In this document: positions 27,184 through 36,955 of the stretch, piece after piece | Layout of the letters: each line of letters opens with the position of its first letter | How positions within the stretch are numbered: the first letter of the stretch is position 1 | Sequence record: PQ511146.1 | Origin: Escherichia phage NHEP1 | Length of the DNA stretch: 64,000 nt | Reading direction: 5' to 3' (one strand) | Translations under genes and position numbers: made by a program | The notes under the pieces: generated by a model | The model's input: the letters and a program-made list of their open reading frames with translations, nothing else | Told to the model about the DNA's origin: nothing | The model's database searches: none

Positions 27184-30100
27184 TTAAAGAGAGAAAGTCG
27201 CGTAGGCTCCCAGACGATACTGCTGATCACCAGGGAACATAACACCTATAGAGGCTGTCCCTAGAATCCTGCCTTCCTTTCCAGACTCCATTCTGAACCC
27301 TACCCATCCGGAACTCCTTGCAGCCTCGATGTTGTCGCTATACCCAAAAGTGGCAAGCTCGTCAACACCAGCTCCAAACAGCAACTGAAGCTGACTTCTC
27401 GGAAGCCCTATAATTTCAGGAATATATGCACCAAAGTACACCATCTGCCCTACCTTAGGACCGCTGCCGTACTCCATCGGCTTGCTTGTAGAGAAAGTCT
27501 TCATACCAGAAGTCCCTGCCGGATTAGGGTATGCCCCGTTTGTTGCTGTGCCTATCCACATTCTCCACTGAGGTGCCATCTGTCTGACAGTGAAAGATGT
27601 TGAAGACGTTTTGCGGCCTGCATCATCCGTAACTACAAACTTTATAGTGACATTACCAGGGGCTTTAAATGTTACCAATCCTGTGGTAGCATCCACTGTT
27701 GCAATGTTAGTATTACTACTTTCCCAAGTCTTTCTAATCCCTGGCACATTGGAAGGGGTAATAGAAGGTTCCTGCATCTGCAGTTTACCGCCCACAATCC
27801 CTATGCCGTTACCTGGATTATACAACGCACCAACTTCATCTACAATGTTACCTGCCTTGAGGCTGTACTTTTTAGAGAAGTTGTAAGTGCCGTTATATGC
27901 GTGTGTCCCTGAGAAGGTTACATCTGCCTTGCCGTTGGAGATGCAAACCAAAGCATACTTCCTGTCAGGCAACTGTGCCCCAGTTTCTGGGTGAGTTTTA
28001 CCCACCTGGAACACGCTCGGGTCAGTAGAGTCGTGGCTATCACTAACAGAGCTTGGACCACCCATCAACTGTGACAAGCAATTCCTTACCCATGTCCAGT
28101 TATTGTCACTGGAGAAGTCTACAGTCAAATCAAACACAACCCACTCATTTGGCTTCCACACAGGTGTTGTGATCAACTTACCAACACCCCCACCCTGAAG
28201 AGTAGGAGATTGTTCAGTGATCAGGGCAGAGTATGCCAGAGTGCCCAACTGCATAGTCTGGCTTGCTGTCCTCACTACCTTAGAATCAGCATCTGTGAAG
28301 TTGTTGATGATCTGGAATGTGCCATAAGTGTTTTTACAGGTAATTCTGGCGTTCAGTGTGTCAATCTTCCTCACATCTGCCATAGCAGTGTTAGACACAG
28401 AGAAGTCAGAAGCTTTAGCTGAGTTTGCTGCAACAGCCGGATCAACGTTGAGGGTTGCGTTGAACTGGCAGGCAGGAGTAACCAGCAGCTTGTTATCACC
28501 TATTTGCTTCCATGAAACACTTTGAACAGGGAGATTCCATTTAATACCTGAGAAAACTTTAGCAACCCTTGGTCCCAGAGCTCCCGTCCTGTTGTCTTTA
28601 CAGCACATGGACATAGTGATCGTTGACGGGGTGGCCTGACCAAACAATTGTTGTGCTTTTGCAGAGGACATGGTGTAGAAATTGTCCTTAACAAACTCAT
28701 CAGCCGCTAACGATCCGTCAGATCTCCACCATTGCACCTGGTACCCAGTCTTATCCCAGCCACCGACCTGCTTTAAGTCCTCCCAAGAGATTTCCAAATC
28801 TCCGGTGGTAGGGTTAATTGCCGCAGTTCCTGGTGTTCCAGATGACCATATTGGGATATCGAACCACGCTGGTTTAACAGACTGCACTGCGTTAGGTCCT
28901 ATTGCAGCAGCAAGTTGTTGACCCATCAATACGCGAGCATCTTTCACCAGACCCCACTCAATCATAGACCCAGAGTAACCCTCTTTCTTATATGCGGATG
29001 ACCCATTCAAGTGAATAAGTCTACTTGTGCCGAAGTTATGTGCTCCACCGCCGTTGTCGTCTGCAAAATTGGTTATGATTCTATCCCTGATGTTTTTCCA
29101 TGCCCTGCCCCCAATCTCGTAGTCATGGTCATAACATCTTTGCAGCGTTGTCCAGCAAATGATCGCCATCCTTCTGCCGTTACTGAAGCCAAAAGCCTGA
29201 TCGTTAAGCTCTCTCCACAAATAGCAGTTAGTGGTCCACATAGCTCTGTGAATGTTGAACCAGTTTATAGACTTGGCTGAGTTATCCCACTGAGTCCCAG
29301 GTAATTCAGGCCACACTGCATTAACCAGCATGTCTTCTGTTCCTGCATCAACCAAGAACCCTCTTACCTTTTTACCCATGCCTACCCTGTCTTTTGCAAT
29401 CCAACTGCCAAACAATCTCAGTTTTGGACCGTAAACAACATCTTCCGGATGCTCAAAAGAGACATACTTCAGATATACTGTAGGGTCACCATAGGTGCCA
29501 TCACAAACAGCTTTGTGCATGTTCTCGCCAAGGTCTAGACGAAGTCCTGTTACAACTTTTGACGTGTCGGTGAATTTGTCTGTTAAATCAAATTCATACC
29601 ACCACCAACCTGCACCCAACAATACCTTCTTACAACGCTGCGCATCTGTATCAGATATTCTCTTATCTCCTGAAAAAGGTGAGTCAGCAAACTGATAGTG
29701 CAGAGCAATTTCAAAAGGATGTGTGGAGGTCCCGTTTTCTGCAAGGACTTGTTTACCTATTAAGTCACACTTAATAATCATCACAACACGTTTGTACCCA
29801 TTTGTTACTGGGATCTGCATAGACATAGATGTCCCGTCCATGTTTGATCTCAGCGCAGTCATGATGATATAAGGATCAACGGCATTACCAAGAGTTTCAG
29901 GCCCTGGAATTATCTTATACTTCTTAACCTGCCCCATGATGTAATCACTGGCGTAAGTTGCAGCCTCGAAGCAAGATCCCCCGTTAGGCAGTTCCCCTGG
30001 CCCCCAGAAAAATGCGCCATAACAGTTATAAAACCACTTGTTAGGGTCGTATTTGTTCTTGAAGGTCTGAACCTCGTTGGCCTGTTTTGTCAAGAAAACC

Positions 30101-32817
30101 TGCGTATCTGTAAAGATTGCAGGGTTTACTCTTGACTGTCGATTAGCATACCCGGTTTGGTTAAACCATTGATTGCAAGAGTAATCCCTCATATAATCGT
30201 AATCAGAGTATTTGTTTGCATCCTCGTTCCAACACATGTTGAGGTTGGTGCCGCCCATGCATACAATATATTCTTCAACGTATTTATCACTTCGAGTGGG
30301 AATTCCTATGAACCATCTGTTAACAGGCTCGTCCCAAGCGGTACGTTCATCTTTAACGCAGATTGCAATCCAGTCATGTGTCCCTGTTTTCTTGCACACA
30401 TCCCGTTTCATACCGTAGTAGAATTCTTTGGTATTTGGCTCAGGTGCGCTTATCAGGTAGCTCCACGCTTGGTCTGCATAGGTTCCGTCAGTGCGTGGGT
30501 CGTGATCAAAGGCGTACATGATGATCCTTTCCCCGCCAAGATGTTCACCAAGAGTAACTTTGATGTTCACATCTCCGTAACCGTTGCGAACAACATCCAT
30601 ATTGTCAATAGAGATGCCTCTAGGGGTGTAGGCAATTTTCAGTGAGTTATCCTCACTGGTGCCCCCAAGTGTAATCCCTATGTTGTTTGTTGTCCCGTCG
30701 GCATATCTTACTGTGGCTTCCCAGCGTATTCCGAAATATCCTGCATCATGGCTGACAATTTTCAGTGTACGAGCACCTGGGTGAGGTTTTCCAGGATCAG
30801 GCCAAGGGTCTGGGTGTTCGTGGACAGTCAACGACGTTCCGTTTTGCTCGTTAACCTGCAACATTTTACCACCTCTGCCGTTAGGGTTGAACTCCCATAC
30901 GGCCTGTGTCTGCACTAAGTTGTTGTAGGTATTTCGTCTCTGATCATAAATCTCTTGGGTAACATCATAAGTGACTGATCCAGCATCCATTCTGTGGAGT
31001 CGGACCATATACGATGTATCTCCTTCTACCGCAGGCTGAGTCCCATTCAGCCCGAAGTATACAGTGTCATTAACATGGAACTGTTTGTTTCTACCGACAG
31101 TATGCCACTTACCGTCAGAAGGATACGCAGGAACTATGGTGTTCCAGTTCAAGGTCCTTGTCGTGTGCGTTCTGCCTGTGCCATGCTTGTCATGATAGGT
31201 TATTTTTACAGAGTACAGGCCACGTCTGTTCACATTCCTGTTATACTGAGTAACAACAACTTCGTTGGCCCCGCCGTGGTTCCAGTTGGTGGAGAATTGG
31301 TAATTTGCATCTGTAACAACCGTACCTGCAGCATTTACCAGTTCAATCTTGTCAATAATGAACGTAGCTCCCTCTGGCTGAGGCTTCAATTTCATCTTGA
31401 CCGTGTCACCAATGTAGATATTGCTAACGCTGCTAACACCGTTAACGTCAAAAATATCATCAACACCCCAACTATCTACTGGGACATTTTTATACCAATT
31501 CTCAGGAACCTCTGTGAACCCTTGACTATTAAGTCTGCCACCAAACAGGTTATTAGAACCTGCAAAACTTCCCCTTGGGATGCCTGACCACCAAAGTTTA
31601 CCATTAACAACAGTAAAGGTCCCTAAGAAACCTTCTCTGTGAATGCCTTGGAAATAAACACTCTCTGTCCAGCTAACTGGGAGGCGTTGCTCAACGTATT
31701 TAGCCGTAGCAAGGGCCTGGTAATGAACAAAATCGGCACGGGGGTTATTGTTTGCAGATTGTGCGCCAATATCGTTGCACAGGTTTCGAGAGAAGCCACG
31801 ATACTGCTTAGTACCATTGTTGAAGAAAATGCCACTTGTGCCGTACCCACGAGCCATTATCACCTCATGGGTGTAGGTTATATTCAAAGCACGCCAGGCA
31901 TCATCCCCCCAAACGTTTTGACCATAAAATACGTTAACAAGTTGTTGGTCATCAGGTCTGTGCATTCTTTGTGTTGCAACCACTGCCCCGTTCGGACCAC
32001 ACATGAATCCTTTCCACTCCTCATCTGCAGGAATGCCTTTCAAATCGTTGCGAGTAATCTGAGCAGGGGGCCAAACAAGGTCGTTTCTACTGTTGTTTCT
32101 CAGAAAGTCGTATCCAGCAATCCAAAAACCTCTAGGCCCACCGAAAATAACAGAGTTGTCATGCACCTCGCAGTTGATACTTGGGTTTTTCCAAGGGCCT
32201 GTTTCAGGATTTTCTGATGTTTCACCAATCTTTACAGGAGTTGCATGCTGGTTCTTATCTACATGTAAAGATCCGTAGGTGTTGTTACCAGACCCGTACA
32301 GGTGTAAAATGCCGTCACCCTCAGCCTCTGCCATAACCCAAACAGTGTTGTTAATACCACCCATTACCTCGATAAGGCGCTCTGGGTGGGTGTCAAGGTG
32401 CAATCCTTGAACAATCTGTTCCGGAAGAGGTGTCCACTCGTTTACGCAAACATCGTTACCACCTGCCGCAGTGGATCCGATAAGACCTGCAGTGCAACCG
32501 ATGTAGAAAAACTGGTTATCAAAAGTCCGGATCACAAACGCACGGTCTGCTCTCCACACATGATCAACATTCCAGGCCGTCTCGCTCGGGTAGTTTATAG
32601 GGTTACGATCCCCAGTGCGACACTCCCCGAACTTGTTATAGCCAGTAATATTAAGCTGACCGTCGTCAAAAAGTATAGCTAAGCTATTTACATAAGCTAC
32701 TGTAGTGCTTGTACCGTCACTGTTGTCTATTGGGTATGACAGAACAGCAAGTTCCTTAACTCCACCCCTCTTATCGAGGAAATGACGACCAAGTTTTAGC
32801 AAAGGGATTGGAAGCAT
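27184..32817 (-). CDS. giant putative virion protein (1877 aa) with N-terminal RCC1-like beta-propeller repeats and C-terminal-region Big_2 Ig-like domain
   Basis: RCC1-like glycine-rich repeats (GYNKFGECRTGD, YGSGNNTYGSLHVD); Big_2-like TWESSNTNIATVDATTGLVTFKAPGNVTIKFVVTDDAG; terminators on both sides. Confidence 0.6.
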   Translation of the reverse strand: MLPIPLLKLGRHFLDKRGGVKELAVLSYPIDNSDGTSTTVAYVNSLAILFDDGQLNITGYNKFGECRTGDRNPINYPSETAWNVDHVWRADRAFVIRTFDNQFFYIGCTAGLIGSTAAGGNDVCVNEWTPLPEQIVQGLHLDTHPERLIEVMGGINNTVWVMAEAEGDGILHLYGSGNNTYGSLHVDKNQHATPVKIGETSENPETGPWKNPSINCEVHDNSVIFGGPRGFWIAGYDFLRNNSRNDLVWPPAQITRNDLKGIPADEEWKGFMCGPNGAVVATQRMHRPDDQQLVNVFYGQNVWGDDAWRALNITYTHEVIMARGYGTSGIFFNNGTKQYRGFSRNLCNDIGAQSANNNPRADFVHYQALATAKYVEQRLPVSWTESVYFQGIHREGFLGTFTVVNGKLWWSGIPRGSFAGSNNLFGGRLNSQGFTEVPENWYKNVPVDSWGVDDIFDVNGVSSVSNIYIGDTVKMKLKPQPEGATFIIDKIELVNAAGTVVTDANYQFSTNWNHGGANEVVVTQYNRNVNRRGLYSVKITYHDKHGTGRTHTTRTLNWNTIVPAYPSDGKWHTVGRNKQFHVNDTVYFGLNGTQPAVEGDTSYMVRLHRMDAGSVTYDVTQEIYDQRRNTYNNLVQTQAVWEFNPNGRGGKMLQVNEQNGTSLTVHEHPDPWPDPGKPHPGARTLKIVSHDAGYFGIRWEATVRYADGTTNNIGITLGGTSEDNSLKIAYTPRGISIDNMDVVRNGYGDVNIKVTLGEHLGGERIIMYAFDHDPRTDGTYADQAWSYLISAPEPNTKEFYYGMKRDVCKKTGTHDWIAICVKDERTAWDEPVNRWFIGIPTRSDKYVEEYIVCMGGTNLNMCWNEDANKYSDYDYMRDYSCNQWFNQTGYANRQSRVNPAIFTDTQVFLTKQANEVQTFKNKYDPNKWFYNCYGAFFWGPGELPNGGSCFEAATYASDYIMGQVKKYKIIPGPETLGNAVDPYIIMTALRSNMDGTSMSMQIPVTNGYKRVVMIIKCDLIGKQVLAENGTSTHPFEIALHYQFADSPFSGDKRISDTDAQRCKKVLLGAGWWWYEFDLTDKFTDTSKVVTGLRLDLGENMHKAVCDGTYGDPTVYLKYVSFEHPEDVVYGPKLRLFGSWIAKDRVGMGKKVRGFLVDAGTEDMLVNAVWPELPGTQWDNSAKSINWFNIHRAMWTTNCYLWRELNDQAFGFSNGRRMAIICWTTLQRCYDHDYEIGGRAWKNIRDRIITNFADDNGGGAHNFGTSRLIHLNGSSAYKKEGYSGSMIEWGLVKDARVLMGQQLAAAIGPNAVQSVKPAWFDIPIWSSGTPGTAAINPTTGDLEISWEDLKQVGGWDKTGYQVQWWRSDGSLAADEFVKDNFYTMSSAKAQQLFGQATPSTITMSMCCKDNRTGALGPRVAKVFSGIKWNLPVQSVSWKQIGDNKLLVTPACQFNATLNVDPAVAANSAKASDFSVSNTAMADVRKIDTLNARITCKNTYGTFQIINNFTDADSKVVRTASQTMQLGTLAYSALITEQSPTLQGGGVGKLITTPVWKPNEWVVFDLTVDFSSDNNWTWVRNCLSQLMGGPSSVSDSHDSTDPSVFQVGKTHPETGAQLPDRKYALVCISNGKADVTFSGTHAYNGTYNFSKKYSLKAGNIVDEVGALYNPGNGIGIVGGKLQMQEPSITPSNVPGIRKTWESSNTNIATVDATTGLVTFKAPGNVTIKFVVTDDAGRKTSSTSFTVRQMAPQWRMWIGTATNGAYPNPAGTSGMKTFSTSKPMEYGSGPKVGQMVYFGAYIPEIIGLPRSQLQLLFGAGVDELATFGYSDNIEAARSSGWVGFRMESGKEGRILGTASIGVMFPGDQQYRLGAYATFSL

Positions 32818-32825
32818 TGTGTTCT

Positions 32826-32858
32826 CCAGATAAGAAAACCGCCCCGTCAGGAGCGGTC
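32826..32858 (-). terminator. rho-independent terminator after the 581-aa fibre gene
   Basis: Minus transcript CCGCUCC-UGAC-GGGGCGG followed by UUUUCUUAUC. Confidence 0.55.
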
Positions 32859-32865
32859 AGATATA

Positions 32866-34611
32866 TTAACGTTGTGCAATAACCACATCCACAATATCAC
32901 CAACACCACAATATGTCAATTGTAGCAAGGTGACACTGTTGGCTTTGTTGTTAATAACAGGAGTAGCCGACAGTATGGCATATTTATCGTGTAAGGTCAC
33001 GTTGTGGCCTACAGCATCCTGAATGACATAGATGATTGCAGTGAACGGGTAAGGTTTATCTTCAGCCGATGTTCCAGGCCATTGCCCTATTGTAAAATCC
33101 CCTTTCGCGTGGACAACATACATATTGGCCTGCCCGTTAGGTGTCCATGTCCCACTAGATGCGTCAGCCTCCTCTAAGTCAAACTCCACCTTCCCTGCAT
33201 GGAAAGCAGGGGCAGTAATAGTTTTACCAGCTTCAATTTCTTGAGAGGTGGTTATCTTGCCACTGGAGTTAATGCCATTACAGACAAAGTTGACATTAGA
33301 GAAGTCTGGCAGCCACCCAGTCACTGTACCTGATATTTCAAGGTTGTGAAGGTAGGTGGTGCCCGTCCCTGCTGCGTTTAAACTAACATCTCCATTTACC
33401 TGCAAGTTTCTGGTAACGTTGCAGTTTTCAGAGTTTGCAGTTGTTGCAGTTAGAGTGGTGGTTGTCAGCTCGGTAATTGCACCTTTGTTGGCTGTAAGCC
33501 CTTCTCCTTCAAAAGTGGCACGCTCATTCACCCTCAGAGTATTTAAAGATATGTTCTGGACAGATGCTGTGCCACGAATGACTATAGATCCGCCAACCTC
33601 TAAATCTCCATTGATCAGTGCATCTCCCGTGCTTTCAATATAGCTAGGGTAGATCATGGTGCCATCTACAGAGTAGGTTATCCCTGTAACGGTGCCTGTC
33701 ACCTCAAGGTTCTTAACCCTGGTGGTCCCATCAACCTGCAATGTCGGTTCGGTGGCTGCCTTCATGGCATTACCGCGAATGTACACGTAGTCAAAAAAGT
33801 TATTACCTAGACCATCAAAATGCACATCGTTGTTATTAGCCACTGGTTTCCCAGAAGTTATAGTGTCAGCTATAGCTCTGTGAGTTGATACTTCATGAGG
33901 TTGCAGCTCTGTGCTTCTCCAGTCTGCATGCTTAGGATCGCTCCACGCAAAGGTTAGTGTAGAAGTATTTGCAGTAAGGATTAGGTTCCTGAAGCGTGCA
34001 GTAGAATCTGCTCCATTAACAGGCCCGTGTAAGGTAAGGGTGCCCCCAACTATGGTGTTGGCAAGTTCTGTAAGACCTTTTACCACCAAAGATCCTACAG
34101 TAACTTTCATCCCCTCCATGGCTTTAAATATGCTATCCACATAGTCAACAACAAACTCTGTGTTTGCTATAGATTCGGACTTATCGTCCATTGGAGGTGT
34201 AGGTACTCTCGGGTCACCTTCGAACCTTGGACTGTTAAGTTTTGCGTAGTATTTTGCCATTACTGCAGAATCGGTATATAATCTCCAGTTCGGAGATCGT
34301 GAAGGATCTGCTGGCATCCTAACCGGGTTAGATTTTGATGCTGCTGGGGCGTACCACCACTGAGTGCCTGTATCCCCTTTAAACTCATACAACTGGTTAA
34401 AAACTGTTGTGGATGCACCATACGCCCAAGGGATTGGTGGCGTTTTAAAATAAAGGGTGTCAAGCATGGCTTTTCGTACCGTAGGGATGGTGGTCCCATC
34501 CTCTACGACAACTTCATCCACAGCGTTACCGTTGACAATCAAGTGCAAACGTTCAGAATCAACAATTACTTGATCTACCGCCTGCTCAAAGCTTGTCATG
34601 TCTTGCGCCAT
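32866..34611 (-). CDS. tail fibre / tailspike-like protein
   Basis: 581 aa; repetitive beta-rich segments (NLEVTGTVTGITYSVDG, NLEISGTVTGW) in fibre gene cluster. Confidence 0.55.
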   Translation of the reverse strand: MAQDMTSFEQAVDQVIVDSERLHLIVNGNAVDEVVVEDGTTIPTVRKAMLDTLYFKTPPIPWAYGASTTVFNQLYEFKGDTGTQWWYAPAASKSNPVRMPADPSRSPNWRLYTDSAVMAKYYAKLNSPRFEGDPRVPTPPMDDKSESIANTEFVVDYVDSIFKAMEGMKVTVGSLVVKGLTELANTIVGGTLTLHGPVNGADSTARFRNLILTANTSTLTFAWSDPKHADWRSTELQPHEVSTHRAIADTITSGKPVANNNDVHFDGLGNNFFDYVYIRGNAMKAATEPTLQVDGTTRVKNLEVTGTVTGITYSVDGTMIYPSYIESTGDALINGDLEVGGSIVIRGTASVQNISLNTLRVNERATFEGEGLTANKGAITELTTTTLTATTANSENCNVTRNLQVNGDVSLNAAGTGTTYLHNLEISGTVTGWLPDFSNVNFVCNGINSSGKITTSQEIEAGKTITAPAFHAGKVEFDLEEADASSGTWTPNGQANMYVVHAKGDFTIGQWPGTSAEDKPYPFTAIIYVIQDAVGHNVTLHDKYAILSATPVINNKANSVTLLQLTYCGVGDIVDVVIAQR

Positions 34612-34620
34612 GATTTCTCC

Positions 34621-34887
34621 TTAAGCTTTTTGCTCTTCGTTTTTAACGTGGTCAGGGTGCTGGCAACCCCACCGGAGCGAGATGAATTTGCTAATAAGCT
34701 GGGGGCAAGCTACCGAAGGTGCGTATATCCACGCATACCATTCAGGAAGCGTATCATTGTACCCCATATGAATAAACACCCCAGTCATCACTGCCATGCC
34801 TATGTTTGACCATAGCTTAGATTGGGACACTTTCGTAGGGTCATCAGATGCCGCAACCAACCCCCATAAAAACTGAGTTAATTTCAT
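34621..34887 (-). CDS. small membrane protein (holin candidate, speculative)
   Basis: 88 aa; hydrophobic segment LWSNIGMAVMTGVFIHMG. Confidence 0.3.
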   Translation of the reverse strand: MKLTQFLWGLVAASDDPTKVSQSKLWSNIGMAVMTGVFIHMGYNDTLPEWYAWIYAPSVACPQLISKFISLRWGCQHPDHVKNEEQKA

Positions 34888-34896
34888 TTACCCTCT

Positions 34897-35940
34897 TTAA
34901 GCATAAGATATGGTGATCCATTGACCGTTTACAAATTTTTGAATAGCACCAGTCCAATAGTCACCTTGATACGGGTGTTTATAGGCGTAATTGCCGGAGC
35001 ACATTACATGCCCAGGGTATACTCTTGATTCTCTGTAGGTGGTTCTGAAACGGTTTGCTATCCTTACATCTTCAACACCCCTACTAGGCATAGGGATAGT
35101 AAGGTTACCACTGCTATCTGCGCTACTACCATTTACCCTGCGGACCACGTTTCTCCCACCAACTGTTGCATATTGACCCCTGGCGGTTTTATCGTTACAA
35201 TCTACTCTTCCACCTATTTGAGCGCTGCCGCAGGATTGTTGTCCATTAACAGTGGCTCTTGGTATCGTTACCGCATTGGCATTTGCAGAGGAGCTTTTTG
35301 CATCATTGCATTCAAGATTTCCTTGGATAGCCAGTCTTGCACGGTTGGCAGTTATAGCATTGAGCTTCATAGCCGAAAACACAGGCTGCCCACCAGAAGG
35401 TTGAAATCTCCAACGGAAACCGTCTATTTGGTGAGAAGGATCATCAAGGTCTGTGCCGTCAGCGCCACCGATGTTGTCCATAATCCAGAAATCCATCATC
35501 GTCTTGTCTGGAGTTATGGTGGTGTATATCGCCGCATTGTCTGTTGACGCAGATGCAAACTCAATTCTTTGAAGACCTAAAGTTTGAGTCTGGATCATTG
35601 TGTCTCCAGTCTTGTCAACATAAAGGTCATCCATTTCTTCAGGCGAGTATACATTGAGAACTTGACGTGCAGCAGCTTTGTCTGGAACGTCTGCCAGATT
35701 ATTAGTGACCCTTAAGAATCTATTATCCCATCCAGGGACAACATCTTCTGTTAAATGCTTTAGCCACGCAGAGAGCATGTGGAGTTCAAAGTTAACAACT
35801 TCACATGCTATCCTTTGTGTCACATCCCAACCTTTCAATCTCTCTTCTTTGTTCGGTTGAGATTTGTTCAACTCTCCTGTATTTTCAAGCACAACATCCT
35901 GATTGGCCCAAATATCGAGAGGGATAACTGGTTTAGTCAT
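34897..35940 (-). CDS. tail fibre protein, paralog A (P2 gpH-like C-terminal tip)
   Basis: 347 aa; N-terminus and C-terminal tip (QKFVNGQWITISYA) clearly similar to 36956..37996; ATG after AGGAGAAC SD. Confidence 0.6.
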   Translation of the reverse strand: MTKPVIPLDIWANQDVVLENTGELNKSQPNKEERLKGWDVTQRIACEVVNFELHMLSAWLKHLTEDVVPGWDNRFLRVTNNLADVPDKAAARQVLNVYSPEEMDDLYVDKTGDTMIQTQTLGLQRIEFASASTDNAAIYTTITPDKTMMDFWIMDNIGGADGTDLDDPSHQIDGFRWRFQPSGGQPVFSAMKLNAITANRARLAIQGNLECNDAKSSSANANAVTIPRATVNGQQSCGSAQIGGRVDCNDKTARGQYATVGGRNVVRRVNGSSADSSGNLTIPMPSRGVEDVRIANRFRTTYRESRVYPGHVMCSGNYAYKHPYQGDYWTGAIQKFVNGQWITISYA

Positions 35941-35974
35941 CACGTTCTCCTGAGAAAATTCCTTAAGGACTATT

Positions 35975-36012
35975 TTAACACTTTAGAGAACAAAATGCAA
36001 GAACGGCATCCT
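35975..36012 (-). terminator. rho-independent terminator between the two fibre cassettes
   Basis: Perfect 8-bp stem GAACGGCA-(4 nt)-UGCCGUUC followed on minus strand by UUGCAUUUUGUUCUCU. Confidence 0.6.
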
Positions 36013-36030
36013 TGCCGTTCTGACCTTTGT

Positions 36031-36345
36031 TTACCTTTTACTATGCTCTACAAGCATGTGTAAAATCTTTTGTACATCAGCTCTGATACCGGAGACATCT
36101 GTCCTGACATCTTGCTTAAGGTCGTTAATATCGGCCTCTAGCTTACTTAGCCGGGTCTCAATAATGGAATCAAGTCTATCTTTTGTAACCATGCTATTTT
36201 TCACTAAAATGAGGTCTTTCTCCAGCTCATCCAGCCTCTTGGAAATGCCTTTCCATTTGGTGTGCCACTGGTTGAAAGCCCATACACAGATCGGGACAAC
36301 GGTACCCATGCAGATACCGTACAGTGCCGCCAAATCCAACTCCAC
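36031..36345 (-). CDS. membrane-anchored coiled-coil protein (spanin- or chaperone-like, speculative)
   Basis: 104 aa; N-terminal TM LAALYGICMGTVVPICVWAF then charged heptad-like region. Confidence 0.35.
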   Translation of the reverse strand: MELDLAALYGICMGTVVPICVWAFNQWHTKWKGISKRLDELEKDLILVKNSMVTKDRLDSIIETRLSKLEADINDLKQDVRTDVSGIRADVQKILHMLVEHSKR

Positions 36346-36356
36346 AACACCTCCTC

Positions 36357-36941
36357 TTAGAGGGTAGGTCGTTCCGGGAAGAAAATGTCAGGGGCTTTAG
36401 ATGTATCTATTTCAAGAAGTTTTACCCTGTACATTTTCAAATCTCTGATGTTGCGTTTTTGGTCATCAGTGAGATCGTATTCAAGGTCAATCATGTCTTG
36501 ATAGGCACCAATTCTAGCAGTAGCCCAAGCAAGTTCTGTCTCTATGACACCCTCTGCCTGTTGAACAAAGAATTCATTGTCTGTGACAAATTCATCACCA
36601 ACTAAACGCAAAGCGTCGTGGTGGAGCATAATGTTTTCTGGTACCTCTTCTTTTTTGGCGATAACCACACGAAGACCTGGAGCAGGCCACAAGGCATCGG
36701 GTTCTTCTGTAGATGTCTTAAGAATACCCTTCTCGTCAACAAGTAGGAAGATACAACCCGGATTTTCTTGTCGTAATGCTCGTGATTGCACATACCAATC
36801 GCCATCATCATTACGTAAAAAATATCCAGTGTATGCCGTGTAATCCTCAACCTCCTGAGGAGTCAACTCCTTGGTCTCCTTGTTGGTGTAGTATTCGCCA
36901 GATCCCGGCTGGTAAAGCTTAAACTCTTGAAGTATTTTCAT
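36357..36941 (-). CDS. tail fibre assembly protein (Tfa family)
   Basis: 194 aa; C-terminal signature RNIRDLKMYRVKLLEIDTSKAPDIFFPERP matches the conserved Tfa motif (...VD.S.APDI.WP..P); directly downstream of fibre paralog B. Confidence 0.65.
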   Translation of the reverse strand: MKILQEFKLYQPGSGEYYTNKETKELTPQEVEDYTAYTGYFLRNDDGDWYVQSRALRQENPGCIFLLVDEKGILKTSTEEPDALWPAPGLRVVIAKKEEVPENIMLHHDALRLVGDEFVTDNEFFVQQAEGVIETELAWATARIGAYQDMIDLEYDLTDDQKRNIRDLKMYRVKLLEIDTSKAPDIFFPERPTL

Positions 36942-36955
36942 GCTAGTCCTCCGAT

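Noticed and set aside
30157-31587. Plus-strand ORFs inside the giant fibre and tail genes (e.g. 30157..30645, 30994..31587, 31639..32217, 47126..47848, 58103..58675)
   Set aside because: Overlap long, motif-bearing minus-strand structural genes; low-complexity translations; no independent signals
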